DNA from: a virus
Strand: one strand, 5' to 3'
DNA: 64,000 nt
IMG/VR virus record: IMGVR_UViG_3300025929_000013
Span: 1-64,000 of that record
Shown in pieces: positions 20,215 through 29,036 of this stretch (within the stretch, counting starts at the first letter, position 1; every line of letters begins with the position of its first letter). A model generated the notes under the pieces. It did not search any database. It was not told the origin of the DNA and worked only from the letters and a program-made list of their open reading frames with translations. Both the position numbers and the translations under genes were made by a program.

Positions 20215-20808
20215 GTGGAACACCGTTCCAGCGACGACATGCCGGAGCCTGGCCCGGCGCCCTTCTACCCGCAGTACGGCGCGACACCCCCGCCACCGCC
20301 GCGCAAGCGGCACACCGGCCGCTGGGTGGTCGGATCACTGTTCCTGCTCATCATCCTCGTCGCCCTCGTCACGGCGCTCGGGGGCACGAAGCAGGACAGC
20401 CCGGCCGCGGTGAGCACCACCTCGGCGCCGCCCGCACTGATCAGTCCCGCCGCGGGCGACGTGGCCAGCCAGGCGCCCGTCAGCGTCGCTCCGCCGAGCC
20501 CGACGCCGCCCGCCACGCAGGTGGTGCTCACGTTCACCGGCGACGGCACCAAGACCTCGAAGACGTTCACCACCGGCGACGACTGGTCGATCAAGTACAC
20601 CTTCGACTGCTCGACGTTCGGCAGCGCAGGCAACTTCCAGGTCTACACCTACACCGGCGGCAGCATGTCCGGCATACCCGTCAACGAACTGAAGAACAGC
20701 GGCAACGACACCACCTACCAGCACAACGACAGCGGCATGCACTACCTGGAGGTCAACTCCGAATGCGGCTGGACGGTCACCGTCACCGACGGCGACTCCG
20801 GCCAGTAG
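20215..20808 (+). CDS. single-pass membrane protein with Pro-rich linker and extracellular beta domain
   Basis: TM segment WVVGSLFLLIILVALVTALG. Confidence 0.75.
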   Translation: MEHRSSDDMPEPGPAPFYPQYGATPPPPPRKRHTGRWVVGSLFLLIILVALVTALGGTKQDSPAAVSTTSAPPALISPAAGDVASQAPVSVAPPSPTPPATQVVLTFTGDGTKTSKTFTTGDDWSIKYTFDCSTFGSAGNFQVYTYTGGSMSGIPVNELKNSGNDTTYQHNDSGMHYLEVNSECGWTVTVTDGDSGQ

Positions 20809-20912
20809 CGTCCACGGCGGCGCCCCCGGTGAATTTCCCGCCGGGGCGCATCGCTGTCGGCGGCGCGCGATAACCTCGCCACATATTCGAAACTCACAAG
20901 GAGAAGACGCCG

Positions 20913-21224
20913 ATGCACGCGTACATGCGCATCGAATACACCAAGGACGCGGCAAACGCGAAGCCGGAAGTCCTGCACGCCGCGCCGTTCAACTTCGCGG
21001 AGACCCACCTCATCTACGCCGCCCACGCATACCTGCGCGCGTACATGCCCAAGGAGGACGGCCTCGACCCGGCCGACGTGCGCCTCTATGTGTGGACGGC
21101 CGACCCCAGAGAGGCACCGGTCGAGGAGGAGCTGCTGCACGAGGACGCGATCCTGATCGTCCCGGCCACCCTCGTCACCGCGGAGCCGGACCTCGGCGAG
21201 ATGTATGACAACCCGTACCCGTAA
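20913..21224 (+). CDS. hypothetical protein
   Basis: AAGGAG RBS. Confidence 0.65.
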   Translation: MHAYMRIEYTKDAANAKPEVLHAAPFNFAETHLIYAAHAYLRAYMPKEDGLDPADVRLYVWTADPREAPVEEELLHEDAILIVPATLVTAEPDLGEMYDNPYP

Positions 21225-21233
21225 ATCGTCGAC

Positions 21234-21632
21234 ATGCTCCGCAAGGGCAGCTTCACCGAGGTCACCTCGCATCACGTGAACGTGCACGAAGACCTCACGG
21301 CGAAAACGTTCTTCTGGTACGGCTGGGGAGGTCTCGGAGGTCCCACGACCGGCGGCGAGACCGAGGAGTTCATGTGGCGTATGCAGGCGCACTCCGAGGG
21401 CTGGGACGCCGCGCACGATCCGAGCGCCGAGTGGAAGTACAACGTCGACAAGATCCGTGCCTCCGGCAATGAGGGCATCAAGGCCCAGCTCGAAACGGTG
21501 CTGGAGACCTACTACGAGAAGGCCCGAAACAACCCGGACCGGCAGAAGCTCAACAACAGGTACCGCGCGATGATCGGCGCCCTGCGCGCCGCGCTCGACA
21601 CCGCCGCCGCGGACAACGCCAAGGAGGACTGA
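21234..21632 (+). CDS. hypothetical protein
   Basis: ORF track. Confidence 0.65.
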   Translation: MLRKGSFTEVTSHHVNVHEDLTAKTFFWYGWGGLGGPTTGGETEEFMWRMQAHSEGWDAAHDPSAEWKYNVDKIRASGNEGIKAQLETVLETYYEKARNNPDRQKLNNRYRAMIGALRAALDTAAADNAKED

Positions 21633-22054
21633 TGGCCGAGACCGACTGGCCGAGTCTCGACGAGATCGGCCCGAACCCCGATCCGAACCTCTGGTTCATC
21701 AGGGAGATGATCGCGTCCGGGCTGCGCCTGTACTACTCCGAGGCCGACTACGGTGAGGGCAAGCACACCTTCGAGGTCGTCGAGAACATCCACCCCCAGG
21801 ACGGCGCCACCTTCTACCTCGTGCCGGTCAACTATGGCCAGCAGGCGGTCGGCGTCCACTTGGACCGCGCCGAGGCCGAAGCCCAGTACCGTAACGATGT
21901 GCTGGGTCTGCTGGACAACTGCGAGCCCGGCGAGGGCGCAGTCTCCGTGGACGTGAATAACTGGGGCCTGCCGCAGGCCGCGGACGCGAGGCTCCGCAAG
22001 CGCGTGGACCAGATCAACAACCCGGCCAGTAACGAGGAGGACAGCGAGAGCTGA
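21632..22054 (+). CDS. acidic hypothetical protein
   Basis: AGGAGG RBS, TGATG coupling. Confidence 0.7.
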   Translation: MAETDWPSLDEIGPNPDPNLWFIREMIASGLRLYYSEADYGEGKHTFEVVENIHPQDGATFYLVPVNYGQQAVGVHLDRAEAEAQYRNDVLGLLDNCEPGEGAVSVDVNNWGLPQAADARLRKRVDQINNPASNEEDSES

Positions 22055-22527
22055 TGCCCACACGCATTACCTGGAGGAGGGCAAAAACGCGTCGCCCCGA
22101 GTTCAAAGGTCTGGTCGGAGGAGTCACGCTCTTCCAAATCTGGCAAGAACCAGCGGACAAGCGCTGGTCCCTGCTGTCCGACCTCGGGAATTTCCCTGTT
22201 GAAAAACGCACTTTCGACACCGAAGCCGAAGCACGAGACAAGTGTGAGCGCACCCTGTCCTACTTCGTCCAAACGATCGGTGCCAAGTTCGTCACGCGCG
22301 TTCTCACCTGGAGCCCGACCAAGGAAGTCGACGGACAGTTCTTCACCGACGGCTACGTGGGGGACATGGTGTACTTCACACTGCGCACCCTCAACGGCTT
22401 CGGCGGACCGGTGTGGCTCGACGCCAAGATCAAGAAGTACGGCCCCGGTGTCGAGTGCGCGTCCTGGGGCAACGCCAAGAAGCTGGCCGCCGAACGTCTC
22501 AACCCCACTACAGAGAAAGAGTCCTGA
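22054..22527 (+). CDS. hypothetical protein (ITW-start paralog family)
   Basis: TGATG coupling. Confidence 0.65.
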   Translation: MPTRITWRRAKTRRPEFKGLVGGVTLFQIWQEPADKRWSLLSDLGNFPVEKRTFDTEAEARDKCERTLSYFVQTIGAKFVTRVLTWSPTKEVDGQFFTDGYVGDMVYFTLRTLNGFGGPVWLDAKIKKYGPGVECASWGNAKKLAAERLNPTTEKES

Positions 22528-22853
22528 TGGACCCGGTAACCCTGGCCACCGGTGCGGGCCTGCTGCTGTCCGGCGGCGTCCTGGACCGTCTCATACGCCC
22601 GCGTAAACACCAGCGCAAGGCAGTCTGCGGCTGCGAGCACCACCTTGCGCTGCACGCCGACGGCGGCATCGGACCGTGCCAGTATCTGGACGTCATCCAA
22701 GACCTGCGCGACGAACCGATGCTGGACCCGAAGAATCAGGTAATAACCAAGTCCGGAAGCGGCAACGTGCGCACCCACGAGGTCACCGTGATCGTCGACA
22801 AGATCCCGTGTCCGTGCACCGGGTACGTTGCCAAATATTCGCCGACCGGCTGA
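22527..22853 (+). CDS. membrane-anchored Cys/His protein
   Basis: Hydrophobic N-terminus; CGCEHH..H...C..CPC. Confidence 0.65.
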   Translation: MDPVTLATGAGLLLSGGVLDRLIRPRKHQRKAVCGCEHHLALHADGGIGPCQYLDVIQDLRDEPMLDPKNQVITKSGSGNVRTHEVTVIVDKIPCPCTGYVAKYSPTG

Positions 22854-22955
22854 CAGGTCCCCAGCGGCCGTGTAGTGTCCTGGTCGTGGGCGCGGCCTCA
22901 TTGCGTGAGAAACGTCGCCGCGAGGTGAATGGTCGAACCAGTCTCCGCGCCCACC

Positions 22956-22984
22956 TTGCTCCCCGCGCAGGCAGGGGTGGTCCG
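22956..22984 (+). repeat. solitary type I-E-like CRISPR repeat
   Basis: TTGCTCCCCGCGCAGGCAGGGGTGGTCCG closely resembles actinobacterial I-E repeats (GTGCTCCCCGCGCANGCGGGGATGGTCC). Confidence 0.7.
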
Positions 22985-23260
22985 TTCCTGTGAATGGACA
23001 ACATGTTGGCTCCGCATACACGGAGGTGGCGGCCTTTCGGGGCCGAGATTCGCAACTCTGTGTTGTACGTGGGTTGCTCAGCGACAGGGCCTGGGTCTCC
23101 GGATCCGGGCCTTATCGCTTTTCCGAATGCGTGCAGCTCACCCGTTCGGCCTAGCGCGCCAAATCTTCTGGAGTTCGCCGTAGCGCCCCTGGTAGATCTG
23201 CATACGTCACCACGTACGCCGGTCGCCGGGGGCGTTTCGGCATTTCAGGAGGAAACCAGC

Positions 23261-23992
23261 ATGACCAGACTCAGCCAGATCATCGCGGTCGAGAGGGGCG
23301 CGAAGGGCAAGGCCCTGGCCCGGCTCACCGCCGCCCATCACGCCGTCCAGAAGGCGCCCCTGCTCTCCGGGCTCTCGCGCACCTACCAGCCCAAGGACGA
23401 GGACGGCGACACCCTGCCGTCAGAGTCCACGAAGGTGCAGCTCAAGGTCGAGCAGGCGATCGAGGGGATCGTCGAGGACCTCACCCGCCTGTTCGACGTG
23501 ACCGCGACCAAGGACTGGACCAACTGCGTCGCGCGGGCCGACGTGAAGGTCGGCGACACCGTCCTGATCGAGGGCGCGCCGGTGACCTACCTGCTGTTCC
23601 TGGAGAAGCAGCTGGTCGACCTGAACGTCTTCGTGCGCAAGCTGCCGGTACTCGACCCCGCCGAGTCCTGGAGCCACGACCCCACGAGCGACACGTGGAA
23701 GACCGAGCCGGTCCAGACGGTCAAGACCAAGAAGGTCCCGCGCAACCACGTCAAGGCCGAGGCCACCGACCGGCACCCGGCGCAGGTCGAGATCTACCAC
23801 GAGGACATCCAGGTCGGCACCTGGACGACGGTGAAGTTCTCCGGCGCGCTGCCGCAGGTGCGCGTCAACGAGCTGCTGCACCGTGTCGAGACGCTCCAGG
23901 CCGCGGTGAAGTTCGCCCGCGAGGAGGCGAACGGGACGGTGGTCACCGACCAGAAGCCCGGCGAAGTTGTTCTCGACTACCTCTTCAGCTAA
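23261..23992 (+). CDS. conserved hypothetical protein (243 aa) upstream of tRNA-like RNAs
   Basis: AGGAGG RBS; L.QIIAVE.G...RTYQPKDEDG...YLLFLEKQL...LPVLDP...VKFAREEAN family seen in actinobacteria. Confidence 0.85.
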   Translation: MTRLSQIIAVERGAKGKALARLTAAHHAVQKAPLLSGLSRTYQPKDEDGDTLPSESTKVQLKVEQAIEGIVEDLTRLFDVTATKDWTNCVARADVKVGDTVLIEGAPVTYLLFLEKQLVDLNVFVRKLPVLDPAESWSHDPTSDTWKTEPVQTVKTKKVPRNHVKAEATDRHPAQVEIYHEDIQVGTWTTVKFSGALPQVRVNELLHRVETLQAAVKFAREEANGTVVTDQKPGEVVLDYLFS

Positions 23993-24040
23993 GATCGCTC
24001 GCGAGCACAGACTCAAGCTGATCCCTGAGATTCAGCACTG

Positions 24041-24118
24041 CCCGGCGAAAGTGGAGGTTCAACCCCTCCCTTGGGCGCCATCGGGCCCGAGTAGCCCAAT
24101 TGGTAGAGGCACGTCGGG
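24041..24118 (+). ncRNA. circularly permuted tRNA-like module 1 (YrlA/Y-RNA-like topology)
   Basis: T arm GGAGG-TTCAACC-CCTCC, acceptor CTTGGGC/GCCCGAG closed by a loop containing GCCA, then D arm TAGCCCAATTGGTAGAGGC; outer stem CCCGGCG/CGTCGGG. Confidence 0.75.
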
Positions 24119-24179
24119 CGCACGCAGACTCAGATTATTGCTCTAGATTCACGTATTGCAGCCGATCGCCGGATCGACC

Positions 24180-24289
24180 GGCCGTTGACGGTGAATGCCA
24201 GGGTTCCCGGTTCGAGCCCGGGGCCGCGCGCCACTCATGCGCGGCTAGCTCAATAGGCAGAGCACGGTACTTCAGAGTGATCAACGGCC
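24180..24289 (+). ncRNA. circularly permuted tRNA-like module 2
   Basis: T arm CCCGG-TTCGAGC-CCGGG, acceptor GCCGCGC/GCGCGGC with GCCA loop, D arm TAGCTCAATAGGCAGAGC; outer stem GGCCGTTGA/TCAACGGCC. Confidence 0.75.
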
Positions 24290-24375
24290 TTAAACGCCGT
24301 CGGCGTGACCATATAGCTGCTTCGTCAGCTGTCTGCTGAAAACAGATCAGCAAGTGACTGTTAATCACTGACACA

Positions 24376-24408
24376 GGGGCCCCACGGATGGCTACTCCGT
24401 GGGGCTCC
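24376..24408 (+). terminator. hairpin closing the ncRNA cassette
   Basis: GGGGCCCCACGGA...TCCGTGGGGCTCC. Confidence 0.55.
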
Positions 24409-24533
24409 GCCATGTTCGGGTGCGCGCTAGGCCGAACGGGTGACACCGCTACTCTCGCTGGGAACATGTTCGACCGGCTCATAGCATTTATCCCCGAGCG
24501 GCCCGAAGCCGCTTTCACCCCGAGGAGTACTGC

Positions 24534-24989
24534 GTGCTCAAGCGTCCGTTCAAGCCGAGCCGAGCGTACCCACACCCGTGGTGCCCGGTCGCCCATCTCA
24601 TCCCGGCGCCCGCTGCGTTTTTCGCACTCGGACGGCTCATATCCGCCGGGGTCTCCTTCGTCGCGGTCCTCGGCGTGGTGGGGGCGTTCATCGTTCTCGT
24701 CGCGCTCGTCCTGCGGCGGGAGTTCGCCATCCGCGCCGCGGACAAGGAACACGGAATCATCGTGCACGAGGACTGGGCGTTCTGCGCAGCCCTCGCAGAC
24801 ATACTGTTTATCGTCGCGACGTACGCCCTGCTCTGGGCCGTGCTGACAACACCCAAGCCGCTACAACCGGAAACCTGGAGCACCACGGACCTCGTCATCA
24901 GCCTGTTCGCCGGGGGGGTGACCGTCTTCGACTGGTACACGCACCGAAAGGCCGTGCAGCGCGCCCCCATGCCGACGGCCGAGACATGA
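24534..24989 (+). CDS. multi-pass membrane protein
   Basis: GAGGAG RBS; about 4 hydrophobic segments. Confidence 0.7.
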   Translation: MLKRPFKPSRAYPHPWCPVAHLIPAPAAFFALGRLISAGVSFVAVLGVVGAFIVLVALVLRREFAIRAADKEHGIIVHEDWAFCAALADILFIVATYALLWAVLTTPKPLQPETWSTTDLVISLFAGGVTVFDWYTHRKAVQRAPMPTAET

Positions 24990-25279
24990 GCAAGGGCCGC
25001 AAGCTGATCCAGGAGCACCACGGCATGCCGCCCGCGCCGGAAGGCGCCACGGCGCTGCTCATCGTCTCCCCGTCCTACACCCACTGCGGGCACTGCGGCG
25101 GCCGGGCCTTTCCCACCCAGCTCTCACACCAGACGCTCGCCGGACCCGGCAGGTCGGGACGCCCCGGCTGCGGCGCCGTGTTCACCGGCATCACCACCCG
25201 ATACGCCGACATCACCAACGACGATCTGCGGGGCGTGCGCGACGACCTGCCGATCGTGAGGAAGGAACCGCCTCCATGA
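24986..25279 (+). CDS. small Zn-binding protein
   Basis: CGHC...H...GCG; ATGA coupling. Confidence 0.65.
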   Translation: MSKGRKLIQEHHGMPPAPEGATALLIVSPSYTHCGHCGGRAFPTQLSHQTLAGPGRSGRPGCGAVFTGITTRYADITNDDLRGVRDDLPIVRKEPPP

Positions 25280-25698
25280 GCATGATCACCTGGAAGGGCA
25301 ACCTCGCCGTCGATGCCCGTCTGGAAGGCTTCATGGGCACCGCGCGTGTCGCGTCCATCAGACCCGACAACGGGGGCCTGCTCGTCGCATACACGCGCGG
25401 TCTGCAACCCGAGGTCCTCCCGGCCGCGAGCGTGAAGGAGGCCAAGCTCCTGGGCGACGAGTCGATGCGCGATTTCATGCTCGATATCCGCGTACGCCGC
25501 TACACCCCCGACGAGCTCGTGATCGTGCAGGCGATGCTCGACAACAAGGGCGAAGGTGCCGAGGCCCTGTGGATACGCCTGGCCCAGCTCTGGACACAGC
25601 AGCACTTCGACAACCAGAGGCTCATCGCCAACATCAAGGCCCGCCTCGCCGAGCTCCAGGCCGACCTCGCCCGCAGCCCGGAAAACGTGACCGCATGA
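25276..25698 (+). CDS. hypothetical protein (ITW paralog)
   Basis: AAGGA RBS, coupled. Confidence 0.65.
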   Translation: MSMITWKGNLAVDARLEGFMGTARVASIRPDNGGLLVAYTRGLQPEVLPAASVKEAKLLGDESMRDFMLDIRVRRYTPDELVIVQAMLDNKGEGAEALWIRLAQLWTQQHFDNQRLIANIKARLAELQADLARSPENVTA

Positions 25699-26123
25699 GC
25701 CGGATCACCTGGACGCCCGACAAGACCCTGAAGACCCGTGTCGTCGGCACGATCAACGAGGCCGTCGTCGCCCGGATCCTCACGATCGACGGCACGGAAT
25801 ACAGCCTCTGCTATACCAACGGTCTGCACGCCGGATTCGCCGACTTCACGACGTTCGAGGCCGCGCAAGAGGCGGCCGAGGAGCTAATCAACGCCTTCCT
25901 GGAGAAGATCGACGCGGACTTCCTGCCCGACGACGTCGTAGCGCTCATCAAGGACCTGCGCGCGGCCGGAAAGAACATACCGGGGCCCGCGGCGTGCGCG
26001 CGCGGCGAGAACGACCGGATGTGGGGCAGGGCCGTCCAACGCGCGAGCTACGGTACGTACCAGGCGCCCGCAGAACCCTCGGGCCCCATAGCCGACCCTG
26101 CGCCGAAAAAAGACACGCCATGA
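25695..26123 (+). CDS. hypothetical protein (ITW paralog)
   Basis: ATGA coupling. Confidence 0.65.
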   Translation: MSRITWTPDKTLKTRVVGTINEAVVARILTIDGTEYSLCYTNGLHAGFADFTTFEAAQEAAEELINAFLEKIDADFLPDDVVALIKDLRAAGKNIPGPAACARGENDRMWGRAVQRASYGTYQAPAEPSGPIADPAPKKDTP

Positions 26124-26268
26124 GGTGGTGGCCGCGCTGCCGCTACTGCAACAAACCGGTGCGCTGGCGGCACCTGCTGCACATGTTCTGCTACCACGGC
26201 ACGACGACGCACTACAGGTGCGAGCGCAAGATGCGGCGTGACGTGTTCGGCGTCCCCGAAGGCATGAG

Positions 26269-26619
26269 ATGACAGAACCCGCACAACCGCCCGCGCGGCC
26301 TCTCGTGGTCATCCCGATCAAGACCCGCAAGCCCGAGAAGTGGCGCTGGCACGATCTGGAGACCGGCGAGATCTGGCGCTGGCACGACGGGTGCTTCAAA
26401 CGGGAGCCGCCGTGGCCGAGCGCCGACTACGCCACCCAATGGCAGGTGCTGATCGGCTACGCCCAGCAGACCCGCGACGACGGCGAGAAAATCGAGCCCG
26501 CCGAGCTGCTTGAGCTGCTCGTCGAGCTGCGCCGCGAGGCCCTTCGGCCTGTCAAAGAGTGGATGGACGGGGTCGTTGACGGCTCAACGAATACGGATTC
26601 GAGCACGTCGCAGGGCTGA
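26269..26619 (+). CDS. hypothetical protein
   Basis: ORF track, coupled. Confidence 0.65.
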   Translation: MTEPAQPPARPLVVIPIKTRKPEKWRWHDLETGEIWRWHDGCFKREPPWPSADYATQWQVLIGYAQQTRDDGEKIEPAELLELLVELRREALRPVKEWMDGVVDGSTNTDSSTSQG

Positions 26620-26810
26620 GCGTTACTCCGAACGGGTTAACTGCTTCTCAGGCTGTACACGAACATGTTCCAGCGGGTAATGTCTTCCCCGCAGCACCCG
26701 GAAGGAAATCAGCCGGGTGATATGCAACCCGCCTGCGCGCACAGGCCACCATCTGTGTTTCCAGCTCAGGCGGGTCATATTCCTCGCAAGCCCTTGAGAG
26801 GGGGTGCAGC

Positions 26811-29036
26811 ATGCCCATCATCAGCCCTGGAAATCAGGAGTCGAACGCCGACGGCGCCATCGAGCTTCGGATCGCCGCGGATATCGATGAGACGACAGGC
26901 TGCACCTTCTCCGCCACGGGCCTGCCCGACGGGCTCGAATTCGAACGCAAGAAGTTCGAGGATGACGAGGAGCACACCTGGCAGACCGGCCGCATCATCG
27001 GAACTCCCAAGCGCGCCGGGATTTACCAGGTCACGGTCACCGCGATCGACAAGGCCGGAACCAAGACGACCGCGTCCTTCGTGTGGACCGTCTGCGCCAT
27101 GCGGGCGTACAGATTCGCACTGGACCTAAGCGACCCGCAGATCACGGCCATGCAGCAGCACGCGGGCACCGCGCGGTGGGCCTACAACAAGGCGCTGGAA
27201 GCCAAGGTCAACGCCCACAGGGCGTACACCGAACGGCTCAAGGCCCTGCTCGCCTCTGGACTGACGCCACAGCAGGCGAAGGCCCAGATGAAAAAGGAGA
27301 GCGCGGCGCTCAAGGCGCAGACCGCGATCTGGGAGCACCACCGCCAGTGCCTGACCGCCATGAACCTGGGCAGGGCACTGCCCGCCAAAACACCGCGCGG
27401 ACCGCAGGAACTGATCGACGACCTCGCCGCGATCCGGGCGATGGTGCCCGACGGCGTCGACCCCGCGCTGCTCACCCTGGTGGGCAACTGGAAGGGACAG
27501 CCGCCCACGGCGCTGTGCTGGGCGCGCGACCGCCACGAGGCACGCCAGAAGTGGATTAAAACCCACCTCGTCATGGCGCGCCAGACCGTCACGCACCTCA
27601 AGCAGCAACTGTTCGACCTCGGCGACACGATCCCCAACATGATCGAGAACCTGGCGAACTGGCGCAACACACGCGACCTTCCCAAGGAAGAGGGCGGCTC
27701 GCCGTGGTGGCAGGAGGTCAGCTCCTACGTGTTCTCCGGCGGCATGGGCCGCGCGGACGCCGCGTGGAGCAACTGGCTCAAGTCCCTCAGCGGACAGCGC
27801 GCCGGTAAAGCCGTCGGATACCCGCGGTTCAAGAAGCGCGGCCAGTGCGCCGACTCGTTCCCGCTCTTCCACGACGTCACCAATCCATCGATACGCATCG
27901 AGGGATACCGGCACCTGCGCCTGCCGAATATCGGAGAGGTGCGCGTCCACAACTCCGGGCACCGCTCCGGTACACGCAACCGCGTCACCGCGACCAACGC
28001 GAAGGGCGTCAAGCGCACCGTCAGCGGCCAGAGCAAGGGCCGCCTCGGTTCGACCAAGCGCCTGGTGCGCATGATCGAGCGCGGCGACGCGATCGTGCAG
28101 TCCGTGACCGTCGTGCGCGGCGGACACCGCTGGTATGCCAATGTCCTGGTCAAGCTCACCCCTGAGGCGATGCGCCAGCGTGAAATGGTGGCGCGCGCCC
28201 ATCAGAAGGTCTCCAAGAAGCGCGCCCAGGGCCGCGGGAACGTCGGCGTCGAGTGGGGTGTGCGCACCCTGGCCACCCTCTCGAACGGGGAATCGTTCGC
28301 GAACCCCAAGCCGGGCAAGAAGAACCAGCGACGCCTGCGCGTCGCGTCCCAGAAGGTCAGCCGCAAACCGCACAAGCGCGGCCAGCCGATCTCCGCGAAC
28401 CGCGCGGCGGCGATCCGCCAGCTCGGCAGGGTCCACCACGAGATCGCCGAGACGCGCAAGGGCAACCACCACCAGATCTCCGCCGCGATCTCGCTCGGCT
28501 ACCGCGGCGTCGCCGTACGGGGCCTGGACGTGAAGTCCATGACCAAGTCAGCGAAGGGCACGGTCGAAAAGCCCGGCAAGCACGTGAAGGTCAAGTCGAC
28601 CTTCAACCGCGCGGCCCTGGACGCGGCGCCGGGCATGCTGCAAAACCAGATCAGCTACAAGACAACCCAGTACGGCGCGAAATTCGGGGTCGCCCCGAAG
28701 GACCTGCCGTCCAGCCAAACCTGCTCAGCGTGTGGGTGGCGAGATCCAAGCATCCCCCTGACGCAGATGACCTTCCGGTGCGGAAACGTAGAGTGCGGCA
28801 AGAAAATCGACCGCGAGGTCAACGCCGCACGCAACATCCGCAACTCAGTATTTCCCGTGGCCTCAGACAGTGGGGACACGTTAAACGCCTGCGTAGATGG
28901 CATAGGACCCCCGGGCAGCCGAGGGCAGCCGTCGCCAAAACAGGAAGACCCCGAGCCCCATCCCCCACCGGAGGATGGACCCGCGGAGGGTCATTCCGGG
29001 GAAGCGATTCCCCGGCGTTCTCACACCCCGGGCTGA
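26811..29036 (+). CDS. tnpB: TnpB/Cas12-like RNA-guided protein, predicted nuclease-dead, with N-terminal putative Ig (He_PIG-like) domain
   Basis: MRAYRFAL...HAGTARWAYN.AL (IS605 OrfB HTH), GYPRFKK, LRLPNIGEV, RuvC-I VGVEWG, RuvC-II VAVRGL, Zn ribbon CSACG...CGNVECG, RuvC-III DREVNAARNI; N-terminus FSATGLPDGL...GRIIGTP..AG.Y.VTVTA.D. Confidence 0.9.
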   Translation: MPIISPGNQESNADGAIELRIAADIDETTGCTFSATGLPDGLEFERKKFEDDEEHTWQTGRIIGTPKRAGIYQVTVTAIDKAGTKTTASFVWTVCAMRAYRFALDLSDPQITAMQQHAGTARWAYNKALEAKVNAHRAYTERLKALLASGLTPQQAKAQMKKESAALKAQTAIWEHHRQCLTAMNLGRALPAKTPRGPQELIDDLAAIRAMVPDGVDPALLTLVGNWKGQPPTALCWARDRHEARQKWIKTHLVMARQTVTHLKQQLFDLGDTIPNMIENLANWRNTRDLPKEEGGSPWWQEVSSYVFSGGMGRADAAWSNWLKSLSGQRAGKAVGYPRFKKRGQCADSFPLFHDVTNPSIRIEGYRHLRLPNIGEVRVHNSGHRSGTRNRVTATNAKGVKRTVSGQSKGRLGSTKRLVRMIERGDAIVQSVTVVRGGHRWYANVLVKLTPEAMRQREMVARAHQKVSKKRAQGRGNVGVEWGVRTLATLSNGESFANPKPGKKNQRRLRVASQKVSRKPHKRGQPISANRAAAIRQLGRVHHEIAETRKGNHHQISAAISLGYRGVAVRGLDVKSMTKSAKGTVEKPGKHVKVKSTFNRAALDAAPGMLQNQISYKTTQYGAKFGVAPKDLPSSQTCSACGWRDPSIPLTQMTFRCGNVECGKKIDREVNAARNIRNSVFPVASDSGDTLNACVDGIGPPGSRGQPSPKQEDPEPHPPPEDGPAEGHSGEAIPRRSHTPG
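28857..29025 (+). ncRNA. putative omegaRNA/tracr-like scaffold overlapping the 3' end of tnpB
   Basis: Sequence after NAARNI resembles actinobacterial TnpB right-end scaffolds (TTAAACGCC...GGAAGACC...GGGTCA) and ends in the hairpin CCGGGGAA-GCGA-TTCCCCGG (28996-29015). Confidence 0.5.

Larger units (their letters stand above)
23138..24443. repeat. perfect 22-bp inverted repeat pair (23138-23159 / 24422-24443)
   Basis: TCACCCGTTCGGCCTAGCGCGC and its exact reverse complement. Confidence 0.85.

Noticed and set aside
24041-24289. Conventional or intron-containing tRNA gene
   Set aside because: The 5' acceptor strand of module 1 does not pair with the 3' strand of module 2; each acceptor pairs only within its own permuted module.
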